This document shows positions 1-8,143 of a stretch of DNA of 64,000 nt, piece after piece; the stretch's first letter is position 1; each line of letters begins with the position of its first letter. The notes below the pieces were generated by a model. The model saw only the letters and a program-made list of their open reading frames with translations. It did no database searches and was not told the DNA's origin. The position numbers and the translations under genes were made by a program. Origin of the DNA: a virus. The DNA lies in IMG/VR virus record IMGVR_UViG_3300014501_000013, positions 9,806-73,805 of that record; one strand, written 5' to 3'.

Positions 1-198
1 AGCATCGAGCGAGAGCTGAAACTGCGCCATCGGGTATTTTCTTTTGAGCGCGGGGAGATGCTTACGGATACCGGCACGCATGTTGGTAGCATCAATCTCG
101 CCATCAAGAACCAGTACGGCCACATCCTGAATGATCTCCTCAGCCAGGTCGGGCGGAAGGCTCGGAAGTGCCGCTTTGATCTGGTCAAGAAGCTCCAT
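1..198 (-). CDS. Partial hypothetical protein, possibly sigma-factor-like (runs off window)
   Basis: Own translation MELLDQIKAALPSLPPDLAEEIIQDVAVLV...FQLSLDA; AEEIIQD and LSLD resemble sigma regions 2/3. Confidence 0.35.
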   Translation of the reverse strand, partial: MELLDQIKAALPSLPPDLAEEIIQDVAVLVLDGEIDATNMRAGIRKHLPALKRKYPMAQFQLSLDA

Positions 199-469
199 TT
201 CGCCTCACTCCCACACGCTCGGCGTTCTCCGGCCAGCACCCCGGATGAATAGCGCGACCAGCGCTGGTCCAACGATGCACAGGCCGAGCAGGAGGGCAGT
301 CATCGGCGGTCGCGCTCCATATCGCTTTCCTCGTCCCGCTCGCGCTCGATAGCTTCCGCCAGTTTGCGCTTTAGTTCCGTACAGGCGGCACAATAGGCGG
401 TGTGTGAAACCCGAATATGCTCGTCTAGCCGGCGCTCCAACTCGCGGCGATCTGGCGGGGCGTGGCGAT

Positions 470-649
470 TCACGACGGCCTCTCTGGTAATCTGACGCGC
501 TGCCGTATCAATGGCAACCGGCGTAGCGCTTCGCGCTCGGCTTTCTCGCGTTCGGCTGAGGCGCGCAGCATCCGGGAATAGCCGATGGAGCAAATAATCC
601 AAACGGCACCGACACCGAGTAGGACGAGCAGGCGGTCAAGGTCGATCAT
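470..649 (-). CDS. Small membrane protein
   Basis: MIDLDRLLVLLGVGAVWIICSIGY; one TM helix; overlaps neighbouring stop/start. Confidence 0.55.
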   Translation of the reverse strand: MIDLDRLLVLLGVGAVWIICSIGYSRMLRASAEREKAEREALRRLPLIRQRVRLPERPS

Positions 650-876
650 GATGCAGTTTCCTCCTTCATTGGCATGGTCGTAAGGCGATCTGCGTCCCGA
701 ATGGCTTCCTGGGCTTGGCGGTAGAACTTGGCGGGAATCCACTCGCCCGGAGTTGTCATTGCATTAGCCATAACATTCCTCAGCGCCGCGAGCAGTGCGC
801 CGTGGCTCGAGCGCAGGGCTTCGAGATCGGCCTGGGTTCGAAGCACCAGATTTAGCGCGGCTGGGTCACTGGTCAT
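646..876 (-). CDS. Hypothetical protein, paralog of 873..1118
   Basis: Shared C-terminus LEALRxxHGxLLxxLR...W...AxEAIRD. Confidence 0.65.
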   Translation of the reverse strand: MTSDPAALNLVLRTQADLEALRSSHGALLAALRNVMANAMTTPGEWIPAKFYRQAQEAIRDADRLTTMPMKEETAS

Positions 877-1118
877 GATATTTTCTCCCCGTCTCTAATC
901 GCCTCGCGGGCCCAGTGCTCTAAGTCCGGGTCTAACCAGTCGCGTTTCAGCGGCAGATCGGCCAAGATCGTCCGGAGGCATCTCAGCAATTGGCCGTGGT
1001 TTTTCCGGAGGGCTTCGAGCCTGTCGGCATACGCCCGCGGCACGAACCGCGTGGGATGTTCGGAGCAGCTCAGGTTCACCTCGAAGCCTTGGTTGCAAAT
1101 ACACTGGTTGTCGCTCAT
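873..1118 (-). CDS. Hypothetical protein, paralog of 646..876
   Basis: Same C-terminal motif; ATGA-coupled to neighbours. Confidence 0.65.
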   Translation of the reverse strand: MSDNQCICNQGFEVNLSCSEHPTRFVPRAYADRLEALRKNHGQLLRCLRTILADLPLKRDWLDPDLEHWAREAIRDGEKIS

Positions 1119-1303
1119 AGAGAGATCTCCCGCGGAGTGGGTCGAATCCGTAACTCAGCGCTCGGTTCAAGTTCCTGGCAAACCGCAAGATATTCCCGGT
1201 CGGACATCCCGTCGTCGCCGGTTTTGATGCACTGCTCGCTGAAGTATGTCCAATGGCCGTTGACTTTTTGTTGAATAACGGTGGTCCAAATCAGTTGGGT
1301 CAT
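1115..1303 (-). CDS. Hypothetical protein
   Basis: ATGA-coupled on both sides. Confidence 0.55.
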   Translation of the reverse strand: MTQLIWTTVIQQKVNGHWTYFSEQCIKTGDDGMSDREYLAVCQELEPSAELRIRPTPREISL

Positions 1304-1557
1304 TGTGGAATCCTCGCAGTCTCCAGCGCTCCACTAAGGTCAATCGTGTGCGTGGGGTCTTCTTGGTTGATGTCGGCCCACACGCGGAGTATTAGCTTGC
1401 CGTCATAATGCTCCAAGTAAATCAACTCGCCTTGGCCGTTCGGTGAATGAAAGTCGCCGTGCCCATCTACTCGGATAATGAGCGTCTGTCCATCGGCGAT
1501 AACTTCGCCGTCATGCTTCTCGTGCGTGTCGAAGTCGGTCAGAGTAAAGTGGGTCAT
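1300..1557 (-). CDS. Hypothetical phage protein
   Basis: Start MTHFTL preceded by GGGAGG; protein-like sequence (IYLEHYDGKLILRVWADINQEDPTHTIDL). Confidence 0.65.
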   Translation of the reverse strand: MTHFTLTDFDTHEKHDGEVIADGQTLIIRVDGHGDFHSPNGQGELIYLEHYDGKLILRVWADINQEDPTHTIDLSGALETARIPQ

Positions 1558-1655
1558 GTCAGTACCTCCCCGAATCGCGATAATCCACCAGCACATCCAT
1601 TGCGGCTATGTGAGCGATCTTGTAAGTCATCGTGAGCATATCGACCTCCGCACAC

Positions 1656-1684
1656 AGAATAGTTCAATAAGCGCTAACTGTCAA
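1656..1684 (-). promoter_or_regulatory. sigma70-type promoter
   Basis: TTGACA-17 nt-TATTCT on -; spacer carries AGCGCTTATTGA motif also found at 2234-2245. Confidence 0.7.
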
Positions 1685-1823
1685 TAGTTTTCTTTAGCTT
1701 TCGTGCCACCAATGCAAGCTGTTGAATCTCAAGCCTACGTTCCACCGTCATGCGTGCGAATCCCTTTGGGACCTTGGCTTTACCGCCCCGCCTGCCGAGA
1801 GACACCGCGGCCCGGTTCTTCAT
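1674..1823 (-). CDS. Small basic protein (KNxAAVxLGRxGG type), putative DNA-binding regulator
   Basis: MKNRAAVSLGRRGGKAK...; ATGA overlap with HNH stop. Confidence 0.6.
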   Translation of the reverse strand: MKNRAAVSLGRRGGKAKVPKGFARMTVERRLEIQQLALVARKLKKTIDS

Positions 1824-2221
1824 GCGGCGCTCCTGCGAGTGTATTTCTTGCGCCTGTTTTTGGCTTGCTCTGCCAAGGTGGACCATTTGCAATTTCCCGG
1901 TTCGTAGTTGCCATCGTTGTTGATTCGGTCCAGCGTCAACCCTGAGGGTCGATCCCCCATGTCCGATCTAAAGTTCTGGAAATTGTCCCAACGGGCGCAA
2001 ACCGAAATGCCTCTTCCGCCATAAAGATAGTACGCGTGATATGTGGGGCTATTACACCGCTGTCGCATCGCCGTCCAGCTGGCGTAGGCCCCCTCCATAG
2101 GAGATTTTGAATCGACGCGTGAATGGGCCGATCTCTTGTGGACTAACCAATCGCGGTGGGAATCCAAGTGGAGTCCACACTCAAGGCACGTGCGACGCTT
2201 TGGGTAACTTCGTCCAGGCAT
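1820..2221 (-). CDS. HNH-family endonuclease-like protein with N-terminal C2H2-like finger
   Basis: SWTAMRQRC..YGGRGISVCARW..FRSDMGDRP.GLTLDRINNDGNYEPGNCKW; N-terminal CLEC-x12-H-x4-H. Confidence 0.8.
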   Translation of the reverse strand: MPGRSYPKRRTCLECGLHLDSHRDWLVHKRSAHSRVDSKSPMEGAYASWTAMRQRCNSPTYHAYYLYGGRGISVCARWDNFQNFRSDMGDRPSGLTLDRINNDGNYEPGNCKWSTLAEQAKNRRKKYTRRSAA

Positions 2222-2227
2222 GGATGT

Positions 2228-2256
2228 ATTATAAGCGCTTATTGATACTAATTCAA
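2228..2256 (-). promoter_or_regulatory. Promoter for leaderless HNH mRNA with palindromic operator
   Basis: TTGAAT-17-TATAAT, 6 nt before ATG 2221; palindrome ATAAGCGCTTAT 2231-2242. Confidence 0.6.
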
Positions 2257-2265
2257 CTTGTTTCG

Positions 2266-2278
2266 CAACTGCTTGATT
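2266..2278 (-). promoter_or_regulatory. IHF consensus site between divergent promoters
   Basis: AATCAAGCAGTTG matches WATCAANNNNTTR; rightward TTGACG-18-TACCAT at 2286-2315. Confidence 0.4.
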
Positions 2279-2376
2279 TTAATGCTTGACGCGCGGAGGA
2301 ATCTGTGTATACCATTAGCTTCAACGGGTAGCTCATCCGTGCATTCCTGCGCACACCAGCGCCGAGCATTCCATTA

Positions 2377-2649
2377 GTGTCTCAAGCCGCTACGATTCAG
2401 CTACGAAGCGCATCCGGCAAGCATCTACTTGACCCTGCATGCGACCTCGCCTGGTTACTCAGAAACGCTGGACACTTTCATTTCAAGCACAACAAACGCG
2501 GCAACATAACGTCCGCGCGTCCGAAGAATCGTATGTCACTAGCGGCGCTGACACGCGCCGGCGAGTCATTCATTCAACCGCTTGCTAATGGCCGTGTTTG
2601 GAGCTTGAGGGGTACTCCTGGCGCCGTCGGTGCCCCTGTGATCGCGTAG
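2377..2649 (+). CDS. Hypothetical protein
   Basis: ORF downstream of rightward promoter candidate. Confidence 0.5.
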   Translation: MSQAATIQLRSASGKHLLDPACDLAWLLRNAGHFHFKHNKRGNITSARPKNRMSLAALTRAGESFIQPLANGRVWSLRGTPGAVGAPVIA

Positions 2650-2771
2650 CACTTATGCCCACGCGTCTTAGCTCGGCTCAGCGGCATCACGCCACACGCG
2701 CAGCGCTCAACCTCGAGCCGCGGCCCGGCCAGCTCCAGCGCGGCGACCGCCCCAGTTGGGCTTACGCGGGG

Positions 2772-2897
2772 TCAAAATAATGGGTCGCATTTATGCGCAA
2801 GCATCTCGCGGCTGGTCAGCTTCGCGCCACACTTCGGACATGGTCGAATGATCGGCGGCCGCCCGACGGGTTTCTTGACCGTTAGTGTGTCGGTCAT
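2772..2897 (-). CDS. AT-hook/zinc-finger mini-protein
   Basis: MTDTLTVKKPVGRPPIIRPCPKCGAKLTSREMLAHKCDPLF; paralog at 59007..59126. Confidence 0.6.
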   Translation of the reverse strand: MTDTLTVKKPVGRPPIIRPCPKCGAKLTSREMLAHKCDPLF

Positions 2898-3094
2898 ATA
2901 GCAACCCCTTCGGCCCGTGCACGCGCTAAGACCGCACGCATTTTCAAGCGGGCGTCGTCGGCAAACGGAAAGCATTGAGCGCAGGTTTCTGCCGAATCTT
3001 CCAGGTCGCATTCGTCGCACTTGTTACGAAAGTCGTCCAGCAGGTCATACGCACTCAACGCTTTGAGAGCTTGCGATAACAGAGGTTCTTCCAT
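2894..3094 (-). CDS. Hypothetical Cys-rich protein
   Basis: CDEC...CAQC; coupled to neighbours. Confidence 0.55.
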   Translation of the reverse strand: MEEPLLSQALKALSAYDLLDDFRNKCDECDLEDSAETCAQCFPFADDARLKMRAVLARARAEGVAI

Positions 3095-3096
3095 GA

Positions 3097-3372
3097 CTAG
3101 AACCCAGCCACGGAGTCGGGCTCATGCAACTTACCAGTGCCGAGATAAGCATCGATTTCCATCAGACAGTCCGAAAGACTGTCAGCCCAGCGCGACCGAA
3201 TATTGCAGAACTCGCGCTGAAACACCCAAGTACTCCGGCGGCTGCGCTTGACTATCATCCCACCGAATCCATCCTTTGCGCGGTCTTCAAGGCGGATCGT
3301 TTTACCGATTGGGATGTCTGCGATATTAGACAAAATGCGTTGCAGGTCCGGGGTTGCTGTTGTGTTTTTCAT
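3097..3372 (-). CDS. Hypothetical protein (leaderless)
   Basis: ATG 6 nt after the -10 box. Confidence 0.6.
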   Translation of the reverse strand: MKNTTATPDLQRILSNIADIPIGKTIRLEDRAKDGFGGMIVKRSRRSTWVFQREFCNIRSRWADSLSDCLMEIDAYLGTGKLHEPDSVAGF

Positions 3373-3378
3373 GAACCA

Positions 3379-3407
3379 AGTATGCCACTTTGTACAAAGT
3401 ATGTAAA
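3379..3407 (-). promoter_or_regulatory. Promoter with perfect palindromic operator
   Basis: TTTACA-17-CATACT; ACTTTGTACAAAGT palindrome 3387-3400 in the spacer. Confidence 0.6.
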
Positions 3408-3443
3408 TAGCTAAAATCGCCTTGTTATGATGTACTTGAGTAC

Positions 3444-3833
3444 ATGGAAATTACGAAGCCTAGACCAAGCTGGAGAGCTGGATACGTCTACTTTCTCAAG
3501 TCGAACCAATACGTTAAGATCGGATTCGCGGCAAACCCGCGCGGAAGGCTTTATCAACTCAGATCGCTCGCGCGTCGGCAAAGTCTTGAAGATAATCGTC
3601 CGTGGGATCATCGCTATGCAATTGATTTTACGCTCCTTGCACAGTTGCCCGCGAAAGCCTTCACCGAAAAAGAACTCCACAAGCGCTTCGCGTCTTCCAG
3701 GCTTGCCAAGACCGAATGGTTTCGCTTTGATCCTCCCCTCGCTGATTACATCGCGTCGATACCTGCAATGGCCGACAAACCAAAACGGCGCAGCCCCTCT
3801 CACACTTGCCCCAATTGCGGCCATAACTTCTAA
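3444..3833 (+). CDS. GIY-YIG (T5orf172/MUG113-like) nuclease
   Basis: GYVYF...VKIGF...R..QL...EKELHKRF...R...EWF. Confidence 0.8.
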   Translation: MEITKPRPSWRAGYVYFLKSNQYVKIGFAANPRGRLYQLRSLARRQSLEDNRPWDHRYAIDFTLLAQLPAKAFTEKELHKRFASSRLAKTEWFRFDPPLADYIASIPAMADKPKRRSPSHTCPNCGHNF

Positions 3834-3872
3834 CTCTTTCTCCCTTCGTTTCTTTAGCTTGAACGCTCAACA

Positions 3873-4406
3873 ATGAAAGTCGAATCCCATCCTCAGCGCC
3901 AAGAGATCATCGACTCGATCCTTGCCGGCAAAGCGTTGCGCAACATCGCTGCTACACTCGATCCTCCGTTGCATTTTACTTCCCTTGCCAGGTTTCGTAA
4001 GGACATGCTTAAGACCGCCTCGGCCGGCATGCATGCTCGTGGTGCCGATTGCAGCGCAATCAAGGACTTATGCGCCGATCCTGCTGACCAGTCAAGAGTT
4101 ACCGAACGTCTTCGCGATGACTTGCAACAATCCGTACAGGCTGCAAACGACCGTTTTGACCGCTGGATTGACAGCGCCGAAGCACACGAAGAAGTCAACC
4201 CAATTACCGGCGAAGTGCGCTACAACATGGATCATGGTGCACTTGCGCGACACAGCCGTAACGTGTTGAGCGCCATCGAGTTACGCGCAAAGATCGCGGG
4301 CTTGTTGCAGGATGGTAGCGCTACAGTTGCAATAAACATCGCTGTTGCAGGCGGAAGCGCTGATGTCGAGCCTGCCGCGGTGACGATCGAGATGCTACGC
4401 AAATGA
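3873..4406 (+). CDS. terS: Terminase small subunit (putative)
   Basis: N-terminal HTH (HPQRQEIIDSILAGKALRNIA), helical core, C-terminal AIELRAKIAGLL...INI; first gene of the + strand packaging region. Confidence 0.6.
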   Translation: MKVESHPQRQEIIDSILAGKALRNIAATLDPPLHFTSLARFRKDMLKTASAGMHARGADCSAIKDLCADPADQSRVTERLRDDLQQSVQAANDRFDRWIDSAEAHEEVNPITGEVRYNMDHGALARHSRNVLSAIELRAKIAGLLQDGSATVAINIAVAGGSADVEPAAVTIEMLRK

Positions 4407-5024
4407 TCGAGTCAAGTGATTCAATATCACATGGTCTTAGTAATAGAATGAACGACTTACAACATTCAGGCGATACTGCGGGCGATACTAAACATGCGTC
4501 AATGCCTGAGTTCGATCGCCTGGCCGCGCGTCGCGCTCAGTGGGCACGGCAGGGACTGCCTACCACGATGGCACGCGCTGGCGCAGCGCTGCCCGTGGCC
4601 GCATCGCTTGGATTCTCGGCACTCCCTATGGGCGTAAAACGCTTGGGGCCCCCCGGAACGGCCTTGCGCGGGATTTGTGATGGCCGTGAGGGAGTTGTGG
4701 AAAGTTCAGAGGAGTCGGCTGTATTCAGCACGGGATTGCGTGATGGGCAGGCGGAGACATCGGATGTGATACCGTACATGGGGCTGAGGCGGGAATGAGC
4801 GTGCTGGTGGTGTGGGAGGGCGGTAAAGGGCGGGAGTGGTGCCGGGAGTGTTCCACGGCGCACCTTGCGTTGGTTGTGAAGTTCGGCGCTTTGGCGTTCG
4901 CCTACGCTTTAGCCTGCGGCAGCAAGGTTTTGCAGACACTTCTGATTATGAGCCGTTTCTGTAACTTGCAGTACATCCTGAGCCGCCTGGGATTCAGCTT
5001 TCGCCGGGCCCCTGTCGAATCGGC

Positions 5025-5597
5025 TCAACCCTGTGACGTACAGGCTTCGGGGGCTCTTGACATCATGCCCCGTCGAGGATCAGTGACGCTTATTCCGTTC
5101 TCGGCGTCCAGCCTCTTTCCCGTAAATCCGCCAGCCGGCCTATACTGGTCCCGGCAACCTGGCAACTGCTTGGGCGGTGAGATCCGTCTGCGAATTTCTT
5201 CTACAACTGCATCGATGTCGACGAACACACGGTTCGCAGAGAAGCGTATCGTCGAGAAACCCTTTGATGCCAGCGTTTTGTCGCGGTATGCGTCGGCTTT
5301 GGCCTTCGCTGGCTTGTCATGAAACTTTCCGTCTATCTCAATGATGAGCTTGCGCTTAGCGCAATAGAAGTCGGCAATCCAGCCGAAGATCAGGCATTGT
5401 CGACGAATGCGTATGCCAAGCCGATTCGCCCTGAGGCGAGCCCACAGCAGGCGTTCCGGTGGACTCATGTTCTTGCGAAGTTGGCGCGCAAAGGTTTTCT
5501 TGGCCGGGGCGCTCTTGGTCTTAAAGGCGTGAACCTTGGCTTCCTTGGCGGCTTCTATCAGCGATTTATAGACTGGCGAAATGAGTTGCTGTCTCAC
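5025..5597 (-). CDS. DUF559 / Vsr-like endonuclease
   Basis: ARQLRKNMSPPERLLWARLR...RRQ..I.GWIADFYC...LIIEIDG..H.....D..RD..L...GF..IRF. Confidence 0.85.
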   Translation of the reverse strand: MRQQLISPVYKSLIEAAKEAKVHAFKTKSAPAKKTFARQLRKNMSPPERLLWARLRANRLGIRIRRQCLIFGWIADFYCAKRKLIIEIDGKFHDKPAKAKADAYRDKTLASKGFSTIRFSANRVFVDIDAVVEEIRRRISPPKQLPGCRDQYRPAGGFTGKRLDAENGISVTDPRRGMMSRAPEACTSQG

Positions 5598-5787
5598 TCG
5601 ATCTTTCTCGCGCCTGAGCTTTGCGAGATGGGGCGGTCATTGCAACCGCCCCGGATCTGTGAAGTCCAAGCACTTCCACCATACTACGACTGGTGGGGTA
5701 CCTGTCAAGAGGGGTACCGCATTTGGTGGGCTAGAACGGCGTAAGGATCCGGCTTGACAAAAGAGCGGCTAAATGTTTGAATTGGGG

Positions 5788-6228
5788 ATGCTCAAACAAA
5801 CCAAGGAAGTAATGTATTCGAGCAATGAAGTCGCAGCGGTTGCGCGTGCAACCTTGCGGGAGCTTCAGTGGTGGGATGAGCATAACGTTATCCATGCCGA
5901 CTTTGTCGGTCGCGAGCGTCGGTACAATGTCAAGGATCTCGTTCAGGCCGTTGTAATAGCCGCTCTGAGACGGCGAGGCATCAGCCTGCAAAAGATCCGG
6001 GGATACTGGCCGCAGTTGCGGTGTTCGCTCGCGAAAGCCCATGCAGCGCTGGAGTCCAGCTGCACGGTGATCGTGGTTGCAAATTCCAAGCTTGCGCTGG
6101 TATTCGAAAAGTGGGATGCCGTGTTTCCGTTCATGGCTGATTCATCTTGCGCTTGGACGGTGATCGAACTGAATCACGAGCTTGGCGCTAATGCGGCGCT
6201 GATTCGCGAACAACGGAGCGCGGCGTGA
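5788..6228 (+). CDS. MerR-family HTH regulator
   Basis: YSSNEVAAVARATLRELQWWDE..VI.......RRY...DL.......LRRRGISLQKIR; TTGACA box upstream. Confidence 0.8.
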   Translation: MLKQTKEVMYSSNEVAAVARATLRELQWWDEHNVIHADFVGRERRYNVKDLVQAVVIAALRRRGISLQKIRGYWPQLRCSLAKAHAALESSCTVIVVANSKLALVFEKWDAVFPFMADSSCAWTVIELNHELGANAALIREQRSAA

Positions 6229-6250
6229 AGATTCGGCGTATACTGGCGGC

Positions 6251-6427
6251 ATGAGTCCCGAAGCTGCCGACAAACTGATCCAGATGGGCATTCTGCCGGG
6301 TTCGATAACTTGGGAGGCATGCGAGAACGCCACGCGGGCAGTCTGGCAGCCTGTCTATGACGAAGTTGCTCAAATGAAGGGTCACTGTCCACCTGAGGTA
6401 GCCGTGGCACCAAAGGCAACCGCATGA
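6251..6427 (+). CDS. Hypothetical protein, short paralog of 7191..7592
   Basis: Own translation MSPEAADKLIQMGILPGSITWEACENATRA...VAPKATA. Confidence 0.65.
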   Translation: MSPEAADKLIQMGILPGSITWEACENATRAVWQPVYDEVAQMKGHCPPEVAVAPKATA

Positions 6428-6669
6428 ATAAACGAAGCCTCAGCAGGGCCGCGAACCGAATGTGCGCCGAGCGCAAGCTCGAGATGCACTTCAAATTCCG
6501 CGACGGCACGGCTTGGGCGAGAAGCGCCGAACTTCGCAAGCGCCCGGCAGGCAAATCACGCGCCTGGTGGAAGAAGGACAAGCGCGACCGCAAGGCGCAA
6601 GCGTTTTTGGCGGCAATTCCTTCAATCCCGGCCAAGCGGTTTCAGCCGACACCACCGGGAACAGCATGA
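6424..6669 (+). CDS. Basic hypothetical protein
   Basis: ATGA-coupled. Confidence 0.5.
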   Translation: MNKRSLSRAANRMCAERKLEMHFKFRDGTAWARSAELRKRPAGKSRAWWKKDKRDRKAQAFLAAIPSIPAKRFQPTPPGTA

Positions 6670-6821
6670 GAATTCATGTCTGGAAGAATCGAGCGTTTGC
6701 CGATCCAGATTTGGTAGTTCGTGGATGGATCGCGGGAAACCAGCGAATGATCATATTCTTCCCAACATGGCGTAAGGCTCTTGATTTTGCTGTAGCAGCA
6801 TCGAAGGCGGAAGCGTGGTAA
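6666..6821 (+). CDS. Hypothetical protein
   Basis: MRIHVWKN...FFPTWRKALDFA; ATGA-coupled. Confidence 0.5.
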   Translation: MRIHVWKNRAFADPDLVVRGWIAGNQRMIIFFPTWRKALDFAVAASKAEAW

Positions 6822-7024
6822 CCGAAGCCGAAGAGTTGCAAGAATTTCGCGAGGTTTTAACAGCCGCTCTTCTATCACCCGCCGGAGATCTTTGTAAACG
6901 GTGTGGCCACAGAAGGGACGGACATAGTAGTTGGTGGATGGGGACACCGGAAGATGACTACTGCGAATGGAACGACAAAACCGGAGAGTGCGAATGTTCG
7001 GGGTTTCAAGAATCAACCGCATGA
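6815..7024 (+). CDS. Cys/His-rich zinc-binding protein
   Basis: CxxCGH...H...C...CxCxxF. Confidence 0.6.
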   Translation: MVTEAEELQEFREVLTAALLSPAGDLCKRCGHRRDGHSSWWMGTPEDDYCEWNDKTGECECSGFQESTA

Positions 7025-7190
7025 ACGCACTTCCCTGGTACGCGCGGTGGCTGAACGGCGACCTCGCCGCGATTCAGGCAGAGGTGTGGAAGCAATCCCG
7101 CTGGTTTTCGTGTAAAGTGGAACCAAGCGCGGCCCGCTTTTCTCCAGTCAAACCGAAGCTTACATCACCGCGGGCTGCGCGCCTAAACGT

Positions 7191-7592
7191 ATGAGTCCCG
7201 AAGCCGCCGACAAGCTGATTCAGATGGGCATCCTGCCGGGAAGTCTTCAGTGGGAATTATGTGAGAACGTGACGCGCGGCCTAAGCCGGCAAATAGCTGC
7301 AAGTTTCGATGGATCGCTCTGTCGCTGCGGGCACTATTTCTGGGCCCACGAAGCCGCGCAGGTCGGAAAGCAGCCGTGCAAATTTTGTGACTGCCCGGAC
7401 TGGAATTCGGTGTATTCGGACCCAACCCCAGAATGTGCGACGGTGGCACCGAAGGCTGCCACCAAATTCTTACCCCCTGACAGCGCCGAGGAAATCAAGG
7501 GCGTTGGCTGGCGCGTGCCGAAGGGTCAGATGATCGGCGGAAGGTCCACCAGTTACGAACTCTATGATTACGACGGGAAGCGCCTCACGTGA
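7191..7592 (+). CDS. Hypothetical protein with inserted Cys/His domain
   Basis: First 18 aa identical to 6251 ORF; CxCGH...H...CxxCxC insert. Confidence 0.65.
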   Translation: MSPEAADKLIQMGILPGSLQWELCENVTRGLSRQIAASFDGSLCRCGHYFWAHEAAQVGKQPCKFCDCPDWNSVYSDPTPECATVAPKAATKFLPPDSAEEIKGVGWRVPKGQMIGGRSTSYELYDYDGKRLT

Positions 7593-7749
7593 GCAAGGAT
7601 CTCGACCAGCAGGAGGGCGATTTCTTTGATCGCGCCCGGCGCAATCCGCTGCGGGTGATCGACTTCGAGTACGCGCCGAACTGGAACGCGCCGATTTCTT
7701 TGGCTCCCTTTATAGACGAAGACCCTCCCGAAGTTGAGGCAACGCTCCC

Positions 7750-7959
7750 GTGATTGACAAATACGCGGGGCTCATTGCGCTAGTGGGCATGACCTGCGCT
7801 TTTGGCCTCGGCTGGGTCCTTCGCGGCATGTTAACGAAACCAAAGGCACTCCCGCCGCTGCCAAAGAGACAGAACCGCGGATGGGCCAACCCGCGCGTCA
7901 AAGGTCAGTTCGTGCGGCGCCCAGCGCATTTCGAGGGGCCGAAATTTCCTTGCTCATAG
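7750..7959 (+). CDS. Small membrane protein
   Basis: N-terminal TM helix, basic tail. Confidence 0.5.
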   Translation: MIDKYAGLIALVGMTCAFGLGWVLRGMLTKPKALPPLPKRQNRGWANPRVKGQFVRRPAHFEGPKFPCS

Positions 7960-8143
7960 TAACAATCAGCGTGCCCCGCGAGATCGACGCGAAAGAGCTT
8001 TTGCCGCCCAACGCCCATCCGTTTGGGGCTACCCCGCACCATGCGCCCAAGGAATACCGCGTAGAGTGCCGCGACCGTGCCGAGGCCGACATGCTCGTGA
8101 ACACAATGCGAAATCAACCTGGAATCAGGGCGATGATTCTCGA

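Noticed and set aside
4403-5322. ORFs 4403..4798 and 4795..5322 as genes
   Set aside because: No recognisable motifs; the second is antisense to DUF559; likely non-coding or shadow
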